From positions 1,344,001 through 1,408,000 of the forward strand of contig CBDBMJ010000001.1 in NCBI GenBank assembly GCA_965207455.1: a stretch of 64,000 nucleotides of DNA, read 5' to 3'. Origin of the DNA: Bdellovibrionota bacterium (GTDB lineage: Bacteria; Bdellovibrionota; UBA1018; CAIPTA01; JAALKR01). Under the pieces are notes generated by a model. The model did not search any database. It was not told the DNA's origin and saw only the letters and a list, made by a program, of their open reading frames with translations. Positions 50,105 to 58,546 of the stretch are shown piece by piece. The stretch's first letter is position 1. Every line of letters begins with the position of its first letter. A program made the translations under genes and the position numbers.

Positions 50105-50884
50105 GTCCACTTTTTCCTCGATACATTCACATAGCTGGTAGTATGCAGTACGATGAAACCTAGCCCGCAAGCCACCTATCCGACAATAAAAGGCATTATC
50201 CTTACCTAAAAAAAGCGTGGACGGATCAAGCCCTGCCGTAACGCCTCCCTTAAGCTCAAGCTTATAATTTTTCTTGTCTAAACCCACTACATGCAAGGGA
50301 GAGTCTTCCACAATTACCCACAAGCTCTCTCCTCCCACACAAACCACAAAACTGTCTTTATTTTTCTCCAAGCTACGATGGAATAAATCAACGGTTCGCC
50401 CATGGGTAATTTTCTCTCCTTCTTGGAACCACTCACCTTCTTTGGATAAATAAAGAGGGGGAACTGAGGCACGAAAAATAGATTCCCGTACATGGGGAAA
50501 GTTCACCTGTCGTTGGGCTTGCTCCGGACTCCACCATTTGTATTCACAATGCTCTTTCCCATCGAGTGTGGGCTGGGGAGGTTTGTCGCCAACAAGAGCT
50601 AGCAAAAAAGATTTCTCCTGTGCCCAGCCCCACTGGCCCTTAAATGTATGCTCCAAGAATAGATCTTGAGGAAAAAGAGGAAAAGAAAGGCCTGTTTCTT
50701 CCTGAGCTTCCCTTAGGGCTGCCTCCACAAACGACTCTCCTGGTTCCACACCCCCCGTTACAGGCTGCCAGAATCCTCCCATTTGCGGTGGTCGTTGCAA
50801 CAGGAGCACCTGAGGGTTTTTCCCCAAACAATCCCAGAAAGTAATGACAACTAATGCTTTTTTTTGGTATTTCTCTGGTGCCAC
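50027..50884 (-). CDS. NUDIX hydrolase (NudB-like) fused to a DUF1285-like domain
   Basis: WQPVTGGVEPGESFVEAALREAQEETG Nudix box; C-terminal GEWFQEG..I.H, VEDSP, L.ARF.R.AYYQL. Confidence 0.75.
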   Translation of the reverse strand: MAPEKYQKKALVVITFWDCLGKNPQVLLLQRPPQMGGFWQPVTGGVEPGESFVEAALREAQEETGLSFPLFPQDLFLEHTFKGQWGWAQEKSFLLALVGDKPPQPTLDGKEHCEYKWWSPEQAQRQVNFPHVRESIFRASVPPLYLSKEGEWFQEGEKITHGRTVDLFHRSLEKNKDSFVVCVGGESLWVIVEDSPLHVVGLDKKNYKLELKGGVTAGLDPSTLFLGKDNAFYCRIGGLRARFHRTAYYQLCECIEEKVDSSGGLKYFLHWEGRGYWIPVSFQGQ

Positions 50885-50941
50885 GCTTAGAAGATAGCAG
50901 TCCTTGCATAAATTGTAAAAGAAGACGAATATGGGAAAAAT

Positions 50942-51805
50942 ATGAACGTAATAAAACCACCGAAAGCCGTCTCCCATCTTATCGACCTCGCCCTCGAAGA
51001 GGACTGGAGAGATGGAGACCCCAGCGCCCTATCCGTTCCTCCCTCTACCCTAGCCACAGCCACCATTATTGCCAAACAACCCACCATTGTCTCCGGTCTT
51101 TGGCTCATTGACGAAATACTCCAACACGCCCAATGTGTACCCAATGAATTACACTTTTTTTCCACCACGGGAGAATATGTGGAAGCCCAATCCAAGTTAG
51201 CCAGCATTACCACTGAGGCTCGCACATTACTAGGCTTGGAACGTACCATATTAAATTTTCTCCAGCGCACTTGTGGCATTGCCACTAGAGCTCATCAAAT
51301 TCGCACCCTACTGGGAAATAGAGATATAAAAATTTTAGACACCCGTAAAACAATTCCTGGATGGAGATACTTGGATAAACGTTCCGTATCCGATGGCAAA
51401 CTGTGGAACCATCGCTTTAACCTCAACGACGGCGTGCTGATCAAGGAAAACCACATATATGCAGCAGGAGGGATAAAAAATGCCATAGAGAATTACCTCA
51501 AAAATACAGACGCACTCGATCAACTACAAATGGAAGTACAATCCATGGATGAAGCTCAAGAGGCCTGTACCTTAGGTGTGCGCAATGTACTGCTGGATAA
51601 TTTCTCTCCATCCAAACTCCAAAAAGTAGTGAAAGATTTACGAGCCCAATACCCTAATCTAACCCTAGAGGCTTCTGGAAATATTTCCATAACAAACCTA
51701 CCTTCCTATTTAGACAGTGGCGTGGATCGCATCAGTATGGGTTGTCTCACCCACTCCATAGAAAGCTCTGATCTTTCCATGCTGTTTTCTTTCCACGAGA
51801 AATAA
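50942..51805 (+). CDS. nadC: Nicotinate-nucleotide pyrophosphorylase (quinolinate phosphoribosyltransferase)
   Basis: ERT.LNFLQ, DTRKT.PG, NHR..L.D..LIKENH, LLDN, EASG. Confidence 0.96.
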   Translation: MNVIKPPKAVSHLIDLALEEDWRDGDPSALSVPPSTLATATIIAKQPTIVSGLWLIDEILQHAQCVPNELHFFSTTGEYVEAQSKLASITTEARTLLGLERTILNFLQRTCGIATRAHQIRTLLGNRDIKILDTRKTIPGWRYLDKRSVSDGKLWNHRFNLNDGVLIKENHIYAAGGIKNAIENYLKNTDALDQLQMEVQSMDEAQEACTLGVRNVLLDNFSPSKLQKVVKDLRAQYPNLTLEASGNISITNLPSYLDSGVDRISMGCLTHSIESSDLSMLFSFHEK

Positions 51806-52554
51806 TGCCAAAAAAAATGAACGAAATAAATTTCCAAATAGAACACCACAACACCCTCCCCTCCACAAACTCCTTTCTCCTCCACCAAGCCGGGCAGGAC
51901 ACATTTCATGGGAAAGTGGTAGTGGCCCGGGAGCAAACTAAGGGGAAGGGCAGGCTTGCTAGAACATGGGAGAGTCACAAAGAAAATCTTGCCTTTAGTA
52001 TCGGTTTTTGCCTTTCTTCGCAACCTCAATGCATACCCTATTACCCCCTATACACCACCGTATGTGTATACGACGTTTTAAGCTCCTATCTCACAGACAA
52101 TACAAACCTATCCATTAAGTGGCCCAACGACATTCTTTGGGAAAAACGAAAACTCATGGGAACTCTAAGCCAAGTGCGCACTCAAAAAGATAAAAACTAT
52201 ATCAGCATCGGCGTGGGCATCAATCTAAAATGGGCTCCTCCAGGAATGGATGCCATATCCATGAATGAGCTTCCTCTCACGAAACCCATAGAGAAAAACT
52301 GCTTACAAGAAATTTTAGAAAATATACAATCCACCTATTCCCAATGGAACTCATTCTCCTGTGTGCAAAGAGAGTGGGAAAAGCGTGCGAAATTTTTAGG
52401 AAAAAGGGTGCAGTTTGGTGTCACAAATAAAAAGAACAGCACAATGCAATCGGGCCTAGCCCTAGGGTTAAAAGAAAACGGCGCTTTGGTGGTGGAACTG
52501 GATTCAGGAGAAAAAAAAGAATTGCTTACTGAGGATCTGTCTCTAAGGTTTTAA
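51805..52554 (+). CDS. birA: Biotin-protein ligase (monofunctional, no N-terminal HTH)
   Basis: STN, QT.GKGRL.R.W, IKWPND, GVGIN. Confidence 0.92.
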   Translation: MPKKMNEINFQIEHHNTLPSTNSFLLHQAGQDTFHGKVVVAREQTKGKGRLARTWESHKENLAFSIGFCLSSQPQCIPYYPLYTTVCVYDVLSSYLTDNTNLSIKWPNDILWEKRKLMGTLSQVRTQKDKNYISIGVGINLKWAPPGMDAISMNELPLTKPIEKNCLQEILENIQSTYSQWNSFSCVQREWEKRAKFLGKRVQFGVTNKKNSTMQSGLALGLKENGALVVELDSGEKKELLTEDLSLRF

Positions 52555-53575
52555 GAACTCGCTCCAATTCTTCACGAATAATCTCCTCTGCCAACTTAGG
52601 AACGGTATCACTGGCTGCCTTCTGCACAACCATACGACAAACCTTGCGCGTTTCTTCACGAACCATCATTTCAAGGTCGGCCCTTTCCCAATCGATGGTG
52701 TTGTTGTTAACGGGGACAGGCTCTGGAGAGAAAGAGGCTGGTTCAGTGATCTGCTGATCTGGTTCTTTTATTTCTGGCTCTTTTATTTCTGGCTCTTTTA
52801 TTTCTGGCTCTTTTATTTCTTCGACTTTTACTTCTTCAATTTTCGTTTCTTCGTGCACTTTTGGATCTTTTGTTTCTTGCCTGTTAACTCCTTCTTTGGC
52901 TGCCACCCTATCTATATAGTCCGAAGAAAAAGGAAAGTCTATCTCAGGTGTGTCCACTATTTCCACTCCCGGGGACAACCATTTTTTACCTTGTTCAGGA
53001 TTGGGAGCATTGTTACTTTCCCATTCCGATAGATCCATAATAGAACCGTCAGCAATCCACTCGCTAGCAGATTTTTCTATGTCGTAAATTTCCTCTTCCG
53101 TGGCGTTGGTAGGCTCTTCCATTGCTGTTATAGGATTATCTACTGGTATTTCATGGTCTGTTTGTTTGATTGTCTCACTCGCAGTAACAGCAGGACTGTC
53201 GGAACGTAACTTTGGTGCTAATGCACTTAAACAAGAACGCAACTCGTGGGGTTGGAATGGTTTTGTCAAAACACTGTCCACCTTATTTTGAAGGCAAAGA
53301 TCATTGTCGACTGGATAAAAATTGTTTGTTAGCAAAATGGTTTTTATGTGCTCATACTTAGGATTCTTTTTTAACTGACGGATAAAAGAAAGTCCGTCTG
53401 TTTCTGGCAAGGCAATGTCCACTAGGCAAAAATCCACAGCGGTGCTCTCCAAAACTTCAAGCGCTTGGGTGGCATTGCATGCGGTTCTAATTTCATATTG
53501 ATGCCGGGACAAAGAAAGGGAGAAAACCTTTGTAATAGTAGGACTATCGTCGGCAAGAAGTATTGTAAAAACCAT
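52526..53575 (-). CDS. romR: RomR-like response regulator (REC, acidic linker, conserved C-terminal helix)
   Basis: REC domain (LLADDS, D.ALP..DG, KPF); EIKEP repeats; C-terminal VP.LAE.IIREELER motif. Confidence 0.7.
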   Translation of the reverse strand: MVFTILLADDSPTITKVFSLSLSRHQYEIRTACNATQALEVLESTAVDFCLVDIALPETDGLSFIRQLKKNPKYEHIKTILLTNNFYPVDNDLCLQNKVDSVLTKPFQPHELRSCLSALAPKLRSDSPAVTASETIKQTDHEIPVDNPITAMEEPTNATEEEIYDIEKSASEWIADGSIMDLSEWESNNAPNPEQGKKWLSPGVEIVDTPEIDFPFSSDYIDRVAAKEGVNRQETKDPKVHEETKIEEVKVEEIKEPEIKEPEIKEPEIKEPDQQITEPASFSPEPVPVNNNTIDWERADLEMMVREETRKVCRMVVQKAASDTVPKLAEEIIREELERVLKTLETDPQ

Positions 53576-53662
53576 AATCTTAACTCTCATCCTAGCATAC
53601 TGTGAAAAAGAGTTCAATTTTTAGAACTTGTAAGATTAAGTAAGGCAAGATACAATTTTCAT

Positions 53663-53840
53663 GTTCCTGACTAGGAGTATTGAGGTGGCGATTTTTCACC
53701 GATGTTAATAGCCCAGGGAGCCGTCCCTCATAGTGGTGTGCACGCCTGAGATGAAATTTTTGGGAAGCCTAAAGCTGTGACATGGCGCCCACTTTTTGAA
53801 TAATGGGTTGAGAATTCGACACCCCTATCCTAGTGGGAAC
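53663..53840 (+). ncRNA. ssrS: Probable 6S RNA
   Basis: About 180 nt; 5' GTTCCTGACTAGGA pairs with 3' TCCTAGTGGGAAC; contains GGCGCCCAC...GGGTTGA; preceded by TTGTAA-17-TACAAT and followed by hairpin TAAAAGTTT..AAACTTTTA. Confidence 0.65.
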
Positions 53841-53963
53841 CTAAAAGTTTATGTAAACTTTTATGGAGGCTGCCTTTCTATTGTTGATATTAAGCAGCAA
53901 GTACCCATGGATGACTATACATTTGTAGTCTGAGAGGGTTAGAATACCTAAGGAGGGTTTTTC

Positions 53964-55271
53964 TTGATGGAAGTAGAAGAAACAAGCTATAAAAAAATTT
54001 CCGCAAAAATTATATCAAACAAACAAGAAGATTTAATTTCAAAAAATAACTTCCTGTTAGAGTTTGGTATCCTATATTTTCAAAAGTGCGACTTTTCTAA
54101 AGCAACTGAGCAACTGGAAAAAGTGCAAAGCCACGCCCTAGAACTCCATTTGTATTCTAATTATTTTCAGTCGGTAAAATACCTACTGAGAATATTTGCG
54201 GAACGCATGGAAGAAAGTAAAATACAAGCACTACTGCAAGAAGTTTTTGAACTGGGATCCACCATACCTAATTATGAACAGTATAAATCCAAGATATACT
54301 ATAACCAGGGAATCTATTACAGCTATGCACGAGACTTTGAAAAGTCGTCGGACAGTTTTCATAAAGCAGAGCTCTATGCAAGGGAATGCATAAAAAAGTC
54401 AGAACAAAGAAGAGAACCTTTCACAGAAGCCTCAAAAGACCTCTTCAATGCACTTTGTGGGTTGGCAAATATCTCAAACCAGAAGGAAAATTTTTCCGAT
54501 GCCATCCGTCGATATGAATCTTTAGAAAATTTACTTTCGGATCCTCTATTTATAGAGATAATGAGTGACTCTAACAAAAGTAGCGAATTAAAATCAGCCC
54601 TCTTGATTGGAATGGCAAACTGCTATCGACAAATGGGAGAATATCCCAAAGCCCTCCATACTTTTTGGAAAGCCCATAGACAATTAAAGTCCCAAAAAAC
54701 ATGGTGTAATTATCACTATATTCTTCTTGGTATTGCTAGGACCTACTTAGAAATGAAAGATACGGATCGAGCCACTATCTTTTTTGACCTAGTTTCTTCT
54801 GCCACTAGCGAAGAAGACTTTGTTGCCCTCAAGCAACTTATAAAACAAGAAAAAAAGAAACTACCGGAACATACGATAGAATTACTCATCGATCGAGAAC
54901 GAAAAATAGTGCTGGAAAAAGAAAAGGGAGAGATTCACTTTGAGCGACGATTTGTTCTACTGGAGATCCTCTACTTACTGGCCTCTACCCCAGGAGTAAA
55001 AGTCACAAAAGATATGCTCGTGGAAAAAGTCTGGGAAGAGACCTATAATCCCATGGTTCACGATAGCAAAATATATACAAGCATTAGCCGACTACGGAAA
55101 ATACTGGAGCCCGATCTGAAGCATCCTCGTTATATTTTAAACGAAAGAGATGGCTACTCGTTTAATCCAGCCATTTCCGTGAAGGAAGCCGGCGCTTGGG
55201 CCAACGAAAAACTGTTGCAACAACAATCAAAAAAGCCAATATATAATTCACCGATAGAAAACCACTTTTAG
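53964..55271 (+). CDS. TPR protein with C-terminal OmpR/PhoB-type winged-helix DNA-binding domain
   Basis: TPR-like helices; C-terminal L...VW..TY.P..HD..IY.SISRLRK..EP......YI......GY. Confidence 0.85.
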   Translation: MMEVEETSYKKISAKIISNKQEDLISKNNFLLEFGILYFQKCDFSKATEQLEKVQSHALELHLYSNYFQSVKYLLRIFAERMEESKIQALLQEVFELGSTIPNYEQYKSKIYYNQGIYYSYARDFEKSSDSFHKAELYARECIKKSEQRREPFTEASKDLFNALCGLANISNQKENFSDAIRRYESLENLLSDPLFIEIMSDSNKSSELKSALLIGMANCYRQMGEYPKALHTFWKAHRQLKSQKTWCNYHYILLGIARTYLEMKDTDRATIFFDLVSSATSEEDFVALKQLIKQEKKKLPEHTIELLIDRERKIVLEKEKGEIHFERRFVLLEILYLLASTPGVKVTKDMLVEKVWEETYNPMVHDSKIYTSISRLRKILEPDLKHPRYILNERDGYSFNPAISVKEAGAWANEKLLQQQSKKPIYNSPIENHF

Positions 55272-55283
55272 GAGACCATTATT

Positions 55284-55859
55284 ATGAATAAAATGAAAAA
55301 GACTTATTTTTCCCTACTTACCCTGCTGACCATAATTTTAGCTGCACCCTCAACCATGGCCAAAGACTTTACCCCGGACAGAAGAGGTGGCGATGCTGGT
55401 GTGTACTACCCACTTATCTGTGTAGATTTTTCTGGGCAATGGTGCAAACCAGACGGCTCTTTGATAGAAATCACCCAAGAGGAATGTAAAAAAATAGACA
55501 TCCAAACAAGAATAGAAGGGGGAGCAATAGGAAAAACAACTCTTCTAACTGACAACCAGACTCGCATCATTCCAGATGATGATCTAGGTGATGAGACAGA
55601 AACAACGATTCGACATAAATGGAATTCCCTAGACCGCGGCGACACGGTTAAAACATATATTTACCGATCACCACACACCCACGCCACTATCTATGAAGAG
55701 CAAACCCTTTCCATCGTCACAGGAGAGGATGGACAACCCCTGCTAAGGCAGGCCACCTCTCGCCTCATACTAATGACCGCTCACCACTACTGGGAGAAGA
55801 CTGAAAGCCTATCCAGGTTAAAAGGCAATGAAAATACCTGCAACCAACCCACCATATAG
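55284..55859 (+). CDS. Secreted hypothetical protein
   Basis: Signal peptide ending STMA; AGGAG RBS; C.DFSG.W motif. Confidence 0.75.
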   Translation: MNKMKKTYFSLLTLLTIILAAPSTMAKDFTPDRRGGDAGVYYPLICVDFSGQWCKPDGSLIEITQEECKKIDIQTRIEGGAIGKTTLLTDNQTRIIPDDDLGDETETTIRHKWNSLDRGDTVKTYIYRSPHTHATIYEEQTLSIVTGEDGQPLLRQATSRLILMTAHHYWEKTESLSRLKGNENTCNQPTI

Positions 55860-55875
55860 GAAAAACACCTTGTAT

Positions 55876-55908
55876 AATCCCCCCCTACTTGATAGATAGG
55901 GGGAGTAT
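55876..55908 (+). terminator. GC-rich hairpin after the 55284 gene
   Basis: CCCCCTA...TAGGGGG stem. Confidence 0.45.
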
Positions 55909-55935
55909 ATTGGATGCAGAAAGGGCAAAATTACT

Positions 55936-56046
55936 ATGGGCAGAGGACGAAAACGACAAACACAGAAAATGAAAAATCGTAGAAACCAAGAAAAGAAGAA
56001 AATTCGTCTGCGTAATAACATCGCAGGCAAAAAAAACGCCTCTTAG
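55936..56046 (+). CDS. 36-aa highly basic small protein
   Basis: MGRGRKRQTQKMKNRRNQEKKKIRLRNNIAGKKNAS*; purine-rich RBS (AGAAAGGG); below the ORF-track length cut-off. Confidence 0.65.
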   Translation: MGRGRKRQTQKMKNRRNQEKKKIRLRNNIAGKKNAS

Positions 56047-56077
56047 GAGTTTAAAATAGCACTTTTAGTACATGTAT

Positions 56078-56154
<77 letters not shown>

Positions 56155-56507
56155 AACAACTGCACGACACTACATTAAAAGCGATGGAAACTTGAGACAA
56201 TCAAAATAAAACGATAATCGTAATAAAAACAATAGATTAGGAAAAGTTAAATTGAGAAAATTAACGGTGTGATTTTTACCTGAAATCATGTGAAATCGGG
56301 GGAAATCATGCCACTCGTACGCTGTTTGTACGTCCTTCTTGTACGCACTCAGAAAATGTACGTTGACGATATGCGTCTAATAAAGTCAATGTATATTTTG
56401 TTTTTGCAAAGGTAAGGAAAATCATTCGGCTGGAAAATTAGCTGCCTCTTGAGTATTTAATAATTCCTCACTTTTTAAAGAGTGAAAATAACAAAAGGAG
56501 GAAAATT

Positions 56508-56705
56508 ATGTACAAACTACTAATCAAACTAATAATCATAACCATACTGCTCGATCTCGGATTCAGTAGCAGCTCGGCACTTGAGGGCTGCCTTGAAACC
56601 AAGGACTGCCTTGTACGACTCAGAGAGTATCGTAGGCAGCTCTTAAAGGTGGAGTGGAAACCCATCATCATAAGTGGGAAATTCGACCCAGAGTGGGCAA
56701 AATAG
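56508..56705 (+). CDS. Small secreted or membrane protein
   Basis: AGGAGG RBS, hydrophobic N-terminus, downstream hairpin at about 56740-56780. Confidence 0.55.
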   Translation: MYKLLIKLIIITILLDLGFSSSSALEGCLETKDCLVRLREYRRQLLKVEWKPIIISGKFDPEWAK

Positions 56706-57172
56706 AGCCTTTCAGGGTGCATTGGTGACTTAGCTTGAAATGCCCTTGCTTATCTCATGCGTGGGAAAGGCAGGGGCATCTACCTTTTGCCCATTCTCTT
56801 AAAACTTATTAAAACTCTCCACCTCTCACAATGTCGTTCAAACTGCTGTAGAAAATAGTCACACCTGCGCTCTTTAGCTGACAGTACTGCGAGCCACTGG
56901 AATACAAGGTATTGGCAAATTATCCAGACTCATTATCGAGTTCACTCACACTATAGGCAAGGGAGTTGTTTCCATTTCTAAATGTCATTATCTTATTGCT
57001 CACTTTAAAAGTATTTTGTTTTAGCTTTCATTATCCTCTCCGATTCCTGAAAATCCAGAAAAAAATCGCTTCCCCCTAAAGGTTTCCCCCAATTTTGTTG
57101 CTTGATTTTCATTCATGCTTCGAGGGTCATTCATGCTCAAACTAACAAAACACTTTTGAAAGGAGTGCAAAA

Positions 57173-57482
57173 ATGAACCTACTGAAATACGAAATAAGAA
57201 AAAAGCTACCTAAACTATATGAGACTGAATCCATACCGATAAAAGAGAAAGATATTATCTGCAAATTCTTCAACCCTTTTGGCCGTGGCACATGGTATGT
57301 GCTTGAAGGCGAGGCACAGGGGGAGTGACTATATTTTCTTTGGACTGGTCGACCTTCACGAGCAAGAATTTGGTTATTTCTTGCTCAGCGAGCTGGAATC
57401 AATCAAATTTATTGAAAGAGACCTTTATTTCAAAGGTCATAAAATTAAAGATGTATATAAAGGCTATGAGGAAGAGGAATAA
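57173..57482 (+). pseudogene. DUF2958 family protein, +1 frameshift in a G5 run at about 57320
   Basis: MNLLKYEIRKKLPKLYETE...KFFNPFG.GTWY..E joins ...FFGLVD..E.E.GYF.LSELE...IERDLYF; AAGGAG RBS. Confidence 0.8.
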
Positions 57483-57597
57483 TCCTCTTCCAAACTCGAT
57501 AAGCAAGCGAGTGTTTGCTTCAAAAGTCTAACGTAGCAGTCGAAAAATTAGAAGCCTCCCAATAGGAGGGCTTCGGTCCTTTTCATTACAGGGTATA

Positions 57598-57825
57598 CTA
57601 ATTTTTTGCTCTTACAACTCTTGTCTTTAGTTTCTCTTGATTGTATATAATTAAAAGTAGTATTTTGTGAATTTCTTGGAAATCCTCTGAAATATTCTTT
57701 TTGAGAGATGGTTCTTTAGGAGGTCCATATTTTTTAAAATTACTCTCCATTATGGCGATGAAACTTTTTATTAGCTTGATGTCCTCGGTAATTGTTTCGG
57801 ATATTTTATATGTTGCTTTCTTCAT
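57598..57825 (-). CDS. Hypothetical protein
   Basis: ATGA overlap with the upstream XRE gene. Confidence 0.5.
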   Translation of the reverse strand: MKKATYKISETITEDIKLIKSFIAIMESNFKKYGPPKEPSLKKNISEDFQEIHKILLLIIYNQEKLKTRVVRAKN

Positions 57826-58136
57826 TTTCTGAAACGTTTGAATTGGGATAATCTGAAAATTCGTAGAAAGGTTTTCAAAAAGAAGTTCTCTCTTATTTCA
57901 AAATATACAGCCTCTCTGTTAAATGCACAGAAATAGTCAGCAGCACTTTCACTTGCTTTATATTCTCTAAGTAAAGTAGTAAGCTGGTTGCATGGAAGGT
58001 CTACAAGCCCTATTTCATTTTTAAAAATAATACTGGCTGCAATTTTTGTGCTTTTTGAGGTTTGCTTTATGCTCAGTCCAGCCTTCCTTCTAATTCCAGC
58101 TAGTTTTCTTGCTAGTAGAAATCGTCCTATTAGCAT
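57822..58136 (-). CDS. XRE-family HTH protein
   Basis: L..IRRKAGLS.KQ.S.........I.K.E.G pattern. Confidence 0.65.
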   Translation of the reverse strand: MLIGRFLLARKLAGIRRKAGLSIKQTSKSTKIAASIIFKNEIGLVDLPCNQLTTLLREYKASESAADYFCAFNREAVYFEIRENFFLKTFLRIFRLSQFKRFRK

Positions 58137-58271
58137 AAATTCATTATTTGATAAGTTTTACAATTTATTGTCATATAGCTTAACCCACTATTTTTAGATC
58201 AGTAGATATTTCCTCTTGTCTTTTTTGTTATAAAAATTCTTCAATCGTCTATACGGAATTTTCATCTCCTA

Positions 58272-58526
58272 TCAAGTCCTCGATTTTCTTTTTTTTATTA
58301 TTTTTTTATCTACTTTAAGATGTTTAGGCAGATATTTTTTTATATATGATTTTCGTCCACCTTGGGAACAAATCTCAGCAAAAGTAAATGCGAGCCGAGC
58401 TTCTGCACTAGGCAGACGATCTATAATTTGAATCATAAGTTGATCTTCTAAGGTACAGCAGACATCTCCTATCTTAATATTTTTAGAGGTATGATCTTTC
58501 CCGAAAAAACGGACACTTTTGCACAA
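58272..58526 (-). CDS. Hypothetical protein
   Basis: Open frame only. Confidence 0.35.
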   Translation of the reverse strand: MCKSVRFFGKDHTSKNIKIGDVCCTLEDQLMIQIIDRLPSAEARLAFTFAEICSQGGRKSYIKKYLPKHLKVDKKIIKKRKSRT

Positions 58527-58546
58527 CGCAGTGTTTTGTTGTTTAG

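Noticed and set aside
56800..57035. Possible minus-strand gene remnant in the island
   Set aside because: Interrupted by stops and has no recognisable family; cannot be supported
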